Both the position numbers and the translations under genes were made by a program. Positions 1 to 9,100 of a DNA stretch of 64,000 nt are shown here, in pieces. Position 1 is the stretch's first letter. Every line of letters starts with the position of its first letter. The notes beneath the pieces were generated by a model. It was given only the letters and a program-made list of their open reading frames with translations, searched no databases and was not told the DNA's origin. The DNA comes from Verrucomicrobiia bacterium (lineage in GTDB: Bacteria; Verrucomicrobiota; Verrucomicrobiia; Limisphaerales; Palsa-1400). Location: positions 8,214 through 72,213 of the forward strand of contig DASXZW010000063.1 in the NCBI GenBank assembly GCA_036501665.1. The letters run 5' to 3'.

Positions 1-402
1 ATGACGCAGCATCCTGAATTGTGGAATGCGGTTGATATCGCGGTCCCATTGCTTGACATGATGCGCTTTGAGCAAATTGCGGCGGGAACATCGTGGGTCG
101 GGGAGTATGGCAGCGTTTCAAATCCGCAAGAGCGCGCGTTCCTCAGCTCGATTTCGCCGTACGCCAATCTGCACCGCGATGTCAAGTATCCCGAGGCATT
201 GATCTGGACGACGACGAAGGACGATCGCGTTGGGCCGCAGCACGCCCGGAAATTCGCCGCGCGGCTCAAGGAATTTGGCGTTCCATATTACTATTATGAA
301 GTGACCGAAGGTGGACATGGTTCCGGCGCAAATCTTAAGGAGCGGGCGCGAACGTCGGCGCTGGAGTTTACATATTTCACAAGAAAGCTGATGGATCTGT
401 GA
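1..402 (+). CDS. S9 family prolyl oligopeptidase, C-terminal fragment (5' end outside window)
   Basis: The ORF is open to the window edge. It carries C-terminal alpha/beta-hydrolase segments typical of prolyl oligopeptidases (IWTTTKDDRVGPQHARKF, EGGHGSGA). Confidence 0.8.
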   Translation: MTQHPELWNAVDIAVPLLDMMRFEQIAAGTSWVGEYGSVSNPQERAFLSSISPYANLHRDVKYPEALIWTTTKDDRVGPQHARKFAARLKEFGVPYYYYEVTEGGHGSGANLKERARTSALEFTYFTRKLMDL

Positions 403-459
403 CGCGCAAAATTGCGTTCGTGCTTGACGTTGCGGCGGACGGTGATTGAATTTTCGGCA

Positions 460-855
460 ATGAAGATGATTAAATTTTTATTGTCCCTGATTTGCGCGAC
501 GGCCCTTGCTTGTTTCTCCGGATGCGTTGGAACGCAGGACGGCCACAGCACCGGCGGCGATCCGTTCGCGAAAGACACCATCACGAGCCGCTACGAAAAG
601 CCGGTGGCGCCGCTGGCCAACGCCACACGCGTTGTGCTGAATCGGAACGGCAAACTGCTGGTCGATAACGCTGTCAATAACACATTTCAAGCCCGCGTCA
701 ACCAGCGCAATGTCTGGGTCCGAGTTGCTGATGTTGATGGCAAAGTCACTCAAGTCACCGTGCAGGCCCGCAGCTCGGTGGGCGGTGATGTTGAGTTGGC
801 GGCGGAAATCTCAAAGCAGATCGCATTGCAATTGATGGCGACGCAGGGACAGTAG
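460..855 (+). CDS. hypothetical lipoprotein
   Basis: The internal ATG at 460 gives MKMIKFLLSLICATALACFSGC, a signal peptide with a lipobox. No domain was recognised. Confidence 0.55.
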   Translation: MKMIKFLLSLICATALACFSGCVGTQDGHSTGGDPFAKDTITSRYEKPVAPLANATRVVLNRNGKLLVDNAVNNTFQARVNQRNVWVRVADVDGKVTQVTVQARSSVGGDVELAAEISKQIALQLMATQGQ

Positions 856-937
856 GAAGGCTCGGTTCCTTTAAGACTTTGGAGCGTCCTCGAATGTAGC
901 GCGCTGAAAAATAAGCCGCAACGCCAGTCCCCGCAGT

Positions 938-1165
938 TTATTCATTGAAGCAGGGGCTGAGACGGAAGGTCTCGATACAGTTCTGACAGACGCAGACGCG
1001 GTTCTGAAATTCACGCGGTATTCGCGCAAGCAATCCATCGGGAATGTTTATCCTGGCGCACCAACAAGGACCCTTGTAGGCCGATGAGACACAAAGCTGG
1101 CATTCGTTCCCATGATGGCATAATGGGCACTTCTCGCCGTTGGTGGAAATTTCATTGAGGGTCAT
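938..1165 (-). CDS. cysteine-rich CWC family protein
   Basis: These are the last 75 codons of ORF 938..1393, read from ATG 1165. The pattern [16 protein letters not shown]...VCVCQNC matches the Cys-rich CWC family. It overlaps the upstream gene by 14 nt, which suggests the same operon. Confidence 0.6.
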   Translation of the reverse strand: MTLNEISTNGEKCPLCHHGNECQLCVSSAYKGPCWCARINIPDGLLARIPREFQNRVCVCQNCIETFRLSPCFNE

Positions 1166-1934
1166 ACATGGAGTTGTTGGAAGAAAGGAATCCTGTTCCC
1201 GAGACCACGCTATTTGCGCCGTCGGCATTATTGGTATAGCAGCCCCGAAGGGATTCGGCGTGGCCATCGCAGAAAGCGCCGTTGCTGAGTTGTTGATGGC
1301 GGAAACCTTGTGTTCCGCCCCAACGGCCGATGAAATTTTCGTCGCCGGGATTTGGCCAGGGAGCGCGCATGAATTTATCAGCGCCAGAGGCATATTGGCC
1401 GTCGCCGAAAAGGATTGTTCCGCTTGAGCGAAGCACGTCTGAACCTTTTGCGGGATCGGGGATTGATTCCTGTTGGCCGTGGCCGATGTAACTGGTGTTG
1501 TAGTTGTAGCCAGTGTAGGGATCAGTCATCCAGTCGGAAGCGCCAGTGTATGAAGGACATTGTTGGATTTGGGCCATTGTCTGACTTTGCCAGAGCAATC
1601 CGGGAATGACCGTTTGGGGACTGCCATAGACCGTCGTCAGGTCCCAGCATTCGGCTTCCATTGTGTCGCCGTTCTGAACATAGCAATAAGCAATTGGGTA
1701 GGTGTTGCGATTGTCATCCAAATAGACGCTTGCGGCGACTCCCATTTGGCGAAGGTTGCTGATGCACTGGATTCGCTTGGCTTCCGCTTTTGACCCGGTC
1801 AACGCCGGCAAAAGAAGAGCAGCAAGAATGGCGATGATGGCGACCACCACAAGCAGTTCAATTAACGTAAAGGCAAAACAACGCGCCCCTGCGCCGGTTA
1901 AGCGGCATGAATCGGAGCGCGTGGTTCTGTTCAT
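1152..1934 (-). CDS. prepilin-type N-terminal cleavage/methylation domain protein, DUF1559 (H-X9-DG) family pseudopilin-like
   Basis: [26 protein letters not shown] is the type IV pilin-like leader and hydrophobic helix. The C-terminal [12 protein letters not shown] matches H-X9-DG. Confidence 0.85.
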   Translation of the reverse strand: MNRTTRSDSCRLTGAGARCFAFTLIELLVVVAIIAILAALLLPALTGSKAEAKRIQCISNLRQMGVAASVYLDDNRNTYPIAYCYVQNGDTMEAECWDLTTVYGSPQTVIPGLLWQSQTMAQIQQCPSYTGASDWMTDPYTGYNYNTSYIGHGQQESIPDPAKGSDVLRSSGTILFGDGQYASGADKFMRAPWPNPGDENFIGRWGGTQGFRHQQLSNGAFCDGHAESLRGCYTNNADGANSVVSGTGFLSSNNSMYDPQ

Positions 1935-1973
1935 CGGGGCCTTTATTGGAGGCAGAAGCAGCGTAACTTTGTT

Positions 1974-2019
1974 GTAGGGACCACTTGCTTCCGCGGACGC
2001 CTCGGCGAGGCGTCCCTAC
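1974..2019. repeat. GC-rich REP-like palindrome in the intergenic spacer
   Basis: GGACGCCTC-ggc-GAGGCGTCC (1995-2015) is a perfect 9-bp stem, nested in GTAGGGA...TCCCTAC. No U-tract follows on the minus strand. Confidence 0.5.
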
Positions 2020-2055
2020 CGATGAAAACTAATTTGTGTGCGATTGCCTGCATTT

Positions 2056-4182
2056 TTATTGAATGACGAGCAGGCGATAAAAGGCCTGGTTTGCGGGTGG
2101 GCTGGGGTCCTGCAGGATCAGGTTTCCGACGCTAACAGGCGTGACAGTCGTTACCGGAGTCCAGGTGAGCAAATCGGTTGATCGTTGCAGCGTGTAGGAG
2201 ACATTGGCAAACGGGGTGAATTGGAAACTCGGGCCGCTTGCGTTCGGTTGCGCGGACAATACAGGCGGCGTCATGCGGGTCACAACCAGGGCGGATAGGT
2301 TTGTCGCGCTGGAAATCCATGCTTCATTATTAGTCGCAGCAAGCGTGAACGGAATTGTATTCCAATTGGTCCAGCTCCATTGCAGGACGCGCAAATCGCC
2401 ACCCGCGCCGACGTAATTCCGACCGACGCTTAATCCGACATCCGCAACGATGGTGGTGTTTCCGATGTCCGAAATCGGAGTTGCCGATAGTTGACAGGCG
2501 TTGAGCACAGTTCCAGGAACCGGCGCAAACGCTGAAAATCCACCCAAAGGAACGGCGCTGACCACGGCGTTGGTGACGACGGATTGAACGTTCAATTCGA
2601 CGGCAGTCAGAGTTGAATCTCCCGGAGACTGAAAGGCGAGATTGGTTATTCCTGCATCAATGTCGTCGCTGGTGATCGTAAGCGTATCGCCTTCAACGGC
2701 GGGATTTACCGCGGCGATGGAGTCGATAACGGTGGATGAGCCTGGGGCGGGTTCAATGCGGACATATTGAATCCACGGAAAACCCGATGCTTGCAGATTA
2801 TATCCGGTGCCGCCAGCGGAACCGTCGTAATGATCTAACGCGCTGAAAGCCGTTTGGCCCTCAAAATCTGTCGAATAAATTGCGGGGTCAAGCGGCTTGG
2901 TGGGGTTGGATTGCTCCAATTTCCACGAATGATTTGGACTGTCCCACCGGTACGCGTTTTGAGGGTAGAGCTTTGCCGTGTTGTCAAACGAATACCAATT
3001 TGTGCCGTCGGGGCTCACGGAAACCGTGGCAGAATGGCCGTTGGTTCCGCTGCCGAGAGTGATATCGTCAAGGTCAGTCGAATCGCTGACTGTTCCGGTT
3101 GAGCCGAAGGGCGAAAAAAACGAATTGCCATAGACGATAAGGTCCATGCCGTAAGGATTGTTAGCGTTGTGATATACTTTGCGTCCCATCTTCACGGTGA
3201 TTTGTCCGCCGTTCGTGATTTCCGTGATTAAGTCATTGCGTCCAGGCCCGACATTGTAGGGAGGGTCAATGATGCTGCATCGATTGGTATCGCCGCCGGC
3301 GGCTACATCGAAGAACGTGAGCGAGGGCCGGCCGAGAACGGCATTGGGATTGTCGTAAGGAGGCATCGCAAGGACGTTGCTGGAGCTGACGACCTGAACA
3401 GCGAAGTCGTTCGTGTCCGCCACATAGGCGACGTATGTTCCATCGGGTGATGGGGGGGCTTGTTCGTCATTATTGTAGGCTGCTGTGGCGGCGTCGGCGG
3501 TATTCGTATCGTATCCGGCTGCGGAAACTGAGAAGCCAAGCCATGAACCGTCTTTGATTGGAAGTGTATCCAAACCAAATTCGGCGAACTCCCACTGCCC
3601 GTGAACATAAGCATTACCATCCCAAAATTGATTGGTTCCCCGATCCGGTGAAGCCGGCAACCCCCCGGCGTCATTAAGCTCGGTCCAGGAATTCCAGTTT
3701 GGACCATAATAACCGCCCCAATACAAATCACCATTGTTGACTGGCGATGAGGAATCGATGTTCAAAGCGGGATCGAGTAGAATTCCGTTTTTGAAGGCAG
3801 CGGCGGTGTAGCTCTGGCTTCCATCGGTCACGCCAAAATTTCCCGTTCCGTTGAGGTTATAGCCAATTCCTTCGACATAAGTGCCGTAGGTATCGACGAC
3901 AACCGCGTAGAGGCGGTGATCGGAGGCCAAAATAGCTTTGAACATCTCGGCGCCGGTGGCTTCGCCGTTGAATTTGTAGCCCCAGACCATTGTTTTATTG
4001 GCGACAGGCGCGGGAACCGTGCTGTTGTTGAAAAATTCCGGGGAATTCCACTCGATGACAAGCGCGGCGCGATTGGTGCCGGACCCGGCCCAGAGCTGGA
4101 TATTGTTGGTGGTGATAGCGTGGACGTTGGGAAGCAGGGCGCAGCCGGCAAGGGCCAGCGCGCAGCGGATTCTTTTTATCAT
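2056..4182 (-). CDS. secreted protein of unknown function (708 aa), first gene after the cobalamin riboswitch
   Basis: It has a signal peptide (MIKRIRCALALAGCALLPNVHA) and no catalytic motif was recognised. The C-terminal tail SYTLQRSTDLLTWTPV...AFYRLLV is common in secreted PVC proteins. Confidence 0.8.
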   Translation of the reverse strand: MIKRIRCALALAGCALLPNVHAITTNNIQLWAGSGTNRAALVIEWNSPEFFNNSTVPAPVANKTMVWGYKFNGEATGAEMFKAILASDHRLYAVVVDTYGTYVEGIGYNLNGTGNFGVTDGSQSYTAAAFKNGILLDPALNIDSSSPVNNGDLYWGGYYGPNWNSWTELNDAGGLPASPDRGTNQFWDGNAYVHGQWEFAEFGLDTLPIKDGSWLGFSVSAAGYDTNTADAATAAYNNDEQAPPSPDGTYVAYVADTNDFAVQVVSSSNVLAMPPYDNPNAVLGRPSLTFFDVAAGGDTNRCSIIDPPYNVGPGRNDLITEITNGGQITVKMGRKVYHNANNPYGMDLIVYGNSFFSPFGSTGTVSDSTDLDDITLGSGTNGHSATVSVSPDGTNWYSFDNTAKLYPQNAYRWDSPNHSWKLEQSNPTKPLDPAIYSTDFEGQTAFSALDHYDGSAGGTGYNLQASGFPWIQYVRIEPAPGSSTVIDSIAAVNPAVEGDTLTITSDDIDAGITNLAFQSPGDSTLTAVELNVQSVVTNAVVSAVPLGGFSAFAPVPGTVLNACQLSATPISDIGNTTIVADVGLSVGRNYVGAGGDLRVLQWSWTNWNTIPFTLAATNNEAWISSATNLSALVVTRMTPPVLSAQPNASGPSFQFTPFANVSYTLQRSTDLLTWTPVTTVTPVSVGNLILQDPSPPANQAFYRLLVIQ

Positions 4183-4260
4183 GCTGATCTTTCAATGAGG
4201 TTCGCCGAGAACATTTCGGAGAACGGGTTGTGATTGAGAGACCAGCGCCGAGCCTGGGGA

Positions 4261-4311
4261 CGAAAATGAAAATGCCTCCAGACTCCGGCAGAACCGAGAA
4301 TGAAGGCATTC
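4261..4311 (-). terminator. intrinsic terminator forming the riboswitch expression platform
   Basis: The minus strand reads GAATGCCTtcattCTCGGttctgCCGgAGtctggAGGCATTTTCATTTTCG. The outer stem is AATGCCT/AGGCATT, with an inner stem and a U-rich tail. It lies 80 nt upstream of the start codon at 4182. Confidence 0.5.
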
Positions 4312-4399
4312 AAAAGAACCCGCCGAAAAATCGTTTCAGCGGCCTGGCCTCATCCTTCTCTTTGTCGGAGAAGCGGCCTCGCAAAGGCGAAGCCCGACG

Positions 4400-4595
4400 A
4401 GCGTAACCGCGCTGATGTCCTGACTTTCGGGCTTCGAACCTTCCTCCCGCCTTCCCGGCTCGCGAACGAACCAGTGGCTGATGGGAGTTTGTAACCCGTC
4501 ACAGTGGCGCAACCGTCCTCGATTCTCACGAGGTTCCCAGCGTTGGCTACGATGGATGGAAAACCATCCTCTGACTTTCAAAGAACGAGCTAGAA
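4400..4595 (-). promoter_or_regulatory. cobalamin (B12) riboswitch aptamer
   Basis: The minus strand carries, in the canonical order, GGGAACCUCGUGAGAAUCGAGGACGGUUGCGCCACUGUGA, then AGCCACUGGuucguucgcgaGCCGGGAAGGC, then the B12-box-like AAGCCCGAAAGUCAGGAC. Boundaries are approximate. Confidence 0.8.
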
Positions 4596-4716
4596 ATAAA
4601 CCTTTGGCGGCGGGATGCAAGAAGAATTGGTTTTGGTTGACCCATTTTGCTTGGACGCTTCATGAGCGCTCGACGAAAACTTGCGAAAATGCCGATTAAC
4701 GCGGATAGTTTGGAAG

Positions 4717-4965
4717 ATGAGCATCGCTGCAGAAAAAGTGGCCGAGGTATTAGGTTTGCCGGAACAGGATCGCGCATTTCTTGCCCGCGAACTTATTGCT
4801 AGTCTTGACAACATTGTGGACGCTGATGCCGAAGTGGCATGGAATGAAGTCATTGACAGACGATCCCGTGAATTGAGAGAAGGCCGGGTGGACGCGCGCT
4901 CAAATGAAGATATGATTCGCGACATCCGGGCCAAATTGAGTGCTGCACATCGTCAGACATCCTGA
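4717..4965 (+). CDS. addiction-module antitoxin (putative addiction module component type)
   Basis: From ATG 4717 the protein reads MSIAAEKVAEVLGLPEQDRAFLARELIASLD...AWNEVIDRRSRELREG, a typical small antitoxin paired with ParE-like toxins. It overlaps the next gene. Confidence 0.7.
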   Translation: MSIAAEKVAEVLGLPEQDRAFLARELIASLDNIVDADAEVAWNEVIDRRSRELREGRVDARSNEDMIRDIRAKLSAAHRQTS

Positions 4966-5242
4966 GGTCTCAGGAGAATTGGAAGCCGCAGCGCTCTGGT
5001 ATGAAGATCGTGAGCGAGGCTTGGGGACCGAATTTCTGGATGAATACCAAAATACGCTCGACCGAATTTTGGAAGAGCCTGACCGTTGGAGAAAAATCAA
5101 AGGAGACAATCGCAAGCTTAACTTCCGACGCTTTCCCTACGCGATTATCTACAACGTGAACGCCACTACACTTTATATTGTGGCCGTTATGCACCTTTAT
5201 CGCCGGCCTTTTTACTGGTCGCAACGCCTGCGCTCAAAATAA
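4940..5242 (+). CDS. type II toxin-antitoxin system RelE/ParE family toxin
   Basis: HPEVSGELEAAALWYEDRERGLGTEFLDE...FRRFPYAIIYNV...IVAVMHLYRRPFYW follows the ParE-like plasmid-stabilisation pattern. It starts with GTG and overlaps the antitoxin by 26 nt. Confidence 0.75.
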   Translation: MLHIVRHPEVSGELEAAALWYEDRERGLGTEFLDEYQNTLDRILEEPDRWRKIKGDNRKLNFRRFPYAIIYNVNATTLYIVAVMHLYRRPFYWSQRLRSK

Positions 5243-5255
5243 CAACTTTTGACTA

Positions 5256-6143
5256 TTAAAAGACCCGCAACGTCTCGAGGACGGCGCGGATTCGGGGGAC
5301 TTCATGGGTGCGGAATAAATCTGTTTTTCCGAGGGCGGCGAGGACGGCGAAAAAGGGTTCGGCGCAACGCACTTCCTCGCCAAAATATTCGAACGCGTGA
5401 GGGAGCGCGTGGCAAACTGGAAAACCGAGCGAGCGCAGGCGGAAGCTGTTCAAAAACGTCGTCATTTGATGGCGCACACGGGCGGCGCTGTCGTTCAAGT
5501 TGCGGTAGTAGAAGCCAAGTCCGGGGTCGATTAGAATTTTCTCTGCGCCGGCTTGCGTCGCCATTTCAATCATGCGGGCAAAATATTCGCGCATCGCGCC
5601 GATGACATCACCGCTTAAATCAAAGTCACCCACCTCCCGGACATTCGGGCCTTGTACATGACAAATAATCGCCGCGGCCTGATGCTCCGCGACAAGCTTG
5701 AAAATGTCGCCGGCCTCCTCTACTCCTGTCAAATTGATCACCGCCGCCCCGGCTTCAAGGCAAGCCCGCGCGACTGGGGCGCGATATGTTTCGACGGAAA
5801 CAAGAATCCCGGCGGAAGCAAGGCCGCGAACCACCGGCAGCAGTTTATCCCGCTGGGCCGATTCATCCAACAAGGCAGCGTGGGCAAGGGTGGACTCCGC
5901 TCCGACATCAATAATTTTTGCACCCTGCGCCCGCAGTTCCTTGCCCCGTTCGATGGCGCGGTCCGCTGTCAAACAGACACTTTCGCGATACCAGGAATCC
6001 GGGGAAAGATTGATGACGCCCATGTATTCGGGCGCGCTGTTGAATGCAAACTGTTCCCTGCCGATGGAGAACTCGCGGACTTTTGCTGTCGCGGCGTCGC
6101 GATATTTTTCCAGCAATTCCGCCAGATGCTCCAGCGAGAGCAT
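5256..6143 (-). CDS. dihydropteroate synthase-like pterin-binding domain protein (divergent)
   Basis: The DHPS fold signatures GVINLSPDS, IIDVGAEST, VSVET, LIDPGLGF and RTHEV are present. The start is taken at MLSLEH (ATG 6143-6141), which overlaps the upstream stop as TAATG. Confidence 0.65.
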   Translation of the reverse strand: MLSLEHLAELLEKYRDAATAKVREFSIGREQFAFNSAPEYMGVINLSPDSWYRESVCLTADRAIERGKELRAQGAKIIDVGAESTLAHAALLDESAQRDKLLPVVRGLASAGILVSVETYRAPVARACLEAGAAVINLTGVEEAGDIFKLVAEHQAAAIICHVQGPNVREVGDFDLSGDVIGAMREYFARMIEMATQAGAEKILIDPGLGFYYRNLNDSAARVRHQMTTFLNSFRLRSLGFPVCHALPHAFEYFGEEVRCAEPFFAVLAALGKTDLFRTHEVPRIRAVLETLRVF

Positions 6144-9100
6144 TATTTCTTGAACGCCGGGTTGTTCCTCTTTCCGCCAGTTTCGAGGTATGCCACCAAG
6201 TCCCAAATCTCGGACTCGGTCATCGAATTGACCAAACCGTCAGGCATCGGCGACACTTTGGAGAGCCGGCGACTTTGGATGTCAGATTTTTGGATTTCGA
6301 CCTTGGTTCCCTTGATCGGCTCGGTCATCAAGACGATTTTTTGAGCATTCTCTTCGACGATGCGGCCAGTTTTAACGTCGCCGTCCTTCGTTTCAATGAT
6401 CGTGTTTTGGTACAACTCGGAAACGACCTTTGACGGTTCAATGATTGACTCTAAAACGTCGTGCGGACTGAGGCGGCTTCCGACGGCGGCCAACTCAGGC
6501 CCGACCGAACCGCCGCTGCTGCCGAAGCGATGGCACAGAATGCACTGCGCCTGAGTGTAGGCGGCTTTGCCCTTCGCGAACGAGCGTCCTGACTTCGCCT
6601 GGTCAATGTCTGGTTGCAGGTCTTCAACGGTCCACGCTTTGACGAATTTGCTTTTGGATATTTTCGGACCCGTTGAGTCAGTGTCCTTCGGGAGATAGTC
6701 AACCAAAGCAATCTGATCGGACGGCGACAGGTTTTGCACGAATTCATTGCGGAAATTTTTGATGAAGGTCGGAAAGCTTGAGCCGTCGCTGTAATCGCGC
6801 GTCACATCCTTGAAAAACTGCAAAATGTCCGCCGGATGCCCGGCTTTCTCGTGGTCTTTCTTGAACCAGGAAAGGTAATCCTTCTGCTGGTCCAGCGTCC
6901 ACCCATCAACGATATTGCGAAGGCGCAGAACGTAATACGTTTGCTCCTCCTGCGTCGGGGCTTTGTCCAACAATGCGAGAGTTTTGCCGATGGCATCGGG
7001 CGCTTTGAGATAGAGGAGCAACTGGCAAAGTTCACGGTTCACGTTGAAATCGTCCGCGGGATACATCGGGTCCAATTCCGCGACGAGCGGCGTGGCCTGC
7101 TCGGTTTCCGGCTCACCCTGGCGGGCGAAACTGACTTCCAGCACGCGCAATTTCAGCAGTTCGAGTTGTTTGTCCATTCCGGTGAACGGAAACTTTTTCA
7201 ACGCGTTGAGAAGCGGGCGTTGTGTTTCAGGGCCGCCAATCCGCGCCAGCGCAAGCAGCGCAATCATTCCGGTTTCTGGATCGCTCTCCGCCAACGCGCG
7301 GGACTTCCACCATTGGACATCCTGCCATTCCAATGCGATGCGGGCTGCGTAGCGAATCCAGCGGTCGTCGCTGCCGAGGCTTGACCATACGGCATCGACA
7401 ATCCGTGGATCACGTTCGCCGTACAGCGATTCCAAATCGTGGCGCAGGCGGCGGCCTTGTTTTCCGGCGGCTTCATCGGCCAGTTGCCCGGGAGTCTTTC
7501 TCGGCTCCACATATTTTCCGCCGACATACGTCAAACGATACAAACCCGACTCGATGCCGCGACCGCCCGTCGTGAAATAAAGAGCGCCGTCGTTGCCGAA
7601 TTGCAGCCCGGTGAGGTTCAGCGGCGTCCCGCGAAGAACTGTTTCAACGCTGGCGTGATAACTCGCGCCGTTTGGCGTCAGATGAACGGCGAACAATCTT
7701 CCATAGGACCAATCCTCCATCCAAAAGGCATCTTTGTAAGGTTTCGGAAAATCAGACCGGGTGCCGAACATCACGCCCGTCGGCGAGCCGAGTCCGACGT
7801 TGACAAGCGCCGGCAAAGTGTCTTCGTAATATGGCGGAAATTTCCCTGATCCTTCGTGAAAACCGTAATCGCCGCCGGGAACCCAAAGATTGACGCGCGT
7901 TGGGCGATACCAGGCTGTGCCCCAATCCCATTCCATATCGCTGTCAAATCCAAAAAGCTCGCCTTCCGGGCTGAAACCGATGGCGTAAGTGTTGCGAGTG
8001 CCGGCGGCGAACAATTCGACATTTTTCGCGTTCATGTCCATCCGCAAAACGTGCCCGCCAGGCGGCATCATTCCCGCTCCGAAGCCGTTTCCGTCTTCCG
8101 CCCGCTGCAACAATTGGTCATCGGCATAATTGTGGTGAGGCGAGGACGCCAGCAAATCCTTAGGCAAGTGCGTGAAGTTGCCATTAACCATGTAAAGCTT
8201 GTGCTCCGGCCCCAGGACCATATCGTGCGGGCCGTGTTCGCCGCCGTCGTTAAAAGCGCGCAGGAACTCCGGCGCTTCGAACAGATCGCCTTTCGCGCGG
8301 AGCCGGTAAACTCCGTGGCCCTGCGGACCGTCGCCATCGACGTAAAGACAATTATCCACATAGAGCAGCCCCATGGCGGAGGTCACGGGTTGATCAATGC
8401 GTTCGATCTGTTCCACGCCTTTTGGGGAAACTGTGATGCGCAGGAGCTTGCCTTCACTTTGCGGGGAAATAATAAAACGGCCCAGCGGATCAATGGCCAT
8501 TGAGATCCAGGAACCTTCCGTCACGTCGGCGGAGTGCAGCAATTCCAGCTTGAACCCGGGTTCAACGGTGATCGATTTCAACGGCGTTGCCTGCGGGGCC
8601 ACAAAAATATCGCCCCAAGGCTGGTCGCCGAGTTTTGCGACGCTTACGGCGTGATGCCAGGACGAATCGTCGAAATTCACCTTCGTCCAATTCGTCCCAG
8701 GCTTGTCGTTTGAAAACACCCAACTGCTGTCGGTGATTAAGGTATCATTCCACTGCAATCCCGCGTGAGCTTTTGGGTTGTATTCCTGGTGCGCTGCGCC
8801 GGTCGTCGGCATCGTCATTTGCAGGCGCAAGATCAAGCCCGCTGTGGACTGCTCGTTTTCGCACCGCACTGCGATGACGTTTTGGCCCGGAACAATTCGC
8901 CGGGTGACATCGACGTATTTCGGTTTTTTCCAATCATCGACGGTCCCGACTCTCGAACCGTTGATGAAAACCTCGGCCTTGTCGTCGCCGCTGAAGGCGA
9001 TGCGCGATTGGATCAAGCCGTCCTTCGCTGTAAATGTTTTGCGGAAATAGCGAACTTCCTTGGTGGTGGATTCGTTGTTGCTGGAGGTCCAAATCCATTG

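Noticed and set aside
938-1393. The full-length 151-aa version of the CWC ORF.
   Set aside because: The first 76 codons overlap the 3' part of the DUF1559 gene in another frame and show no CWC-family features. The internal ATG at 1165 was used instead.
4260-4640. Possible RNase P RNA or tmRNA, suggested by the strings GAAAGUCAGGAC and GGUUCGAAGCCC on the minus strand.
   Set aside because: The order and spacing of motifs do not fit RNase P: there is no ACAGAA..GGCUUA P4 partner, and GAAAGUC lies too far 3'. They do not fit tmRNA either: there is no tag ORF and no acceptor/T-arm pairing. The same strings fit the cobalamin riboswitch core and B12 box.
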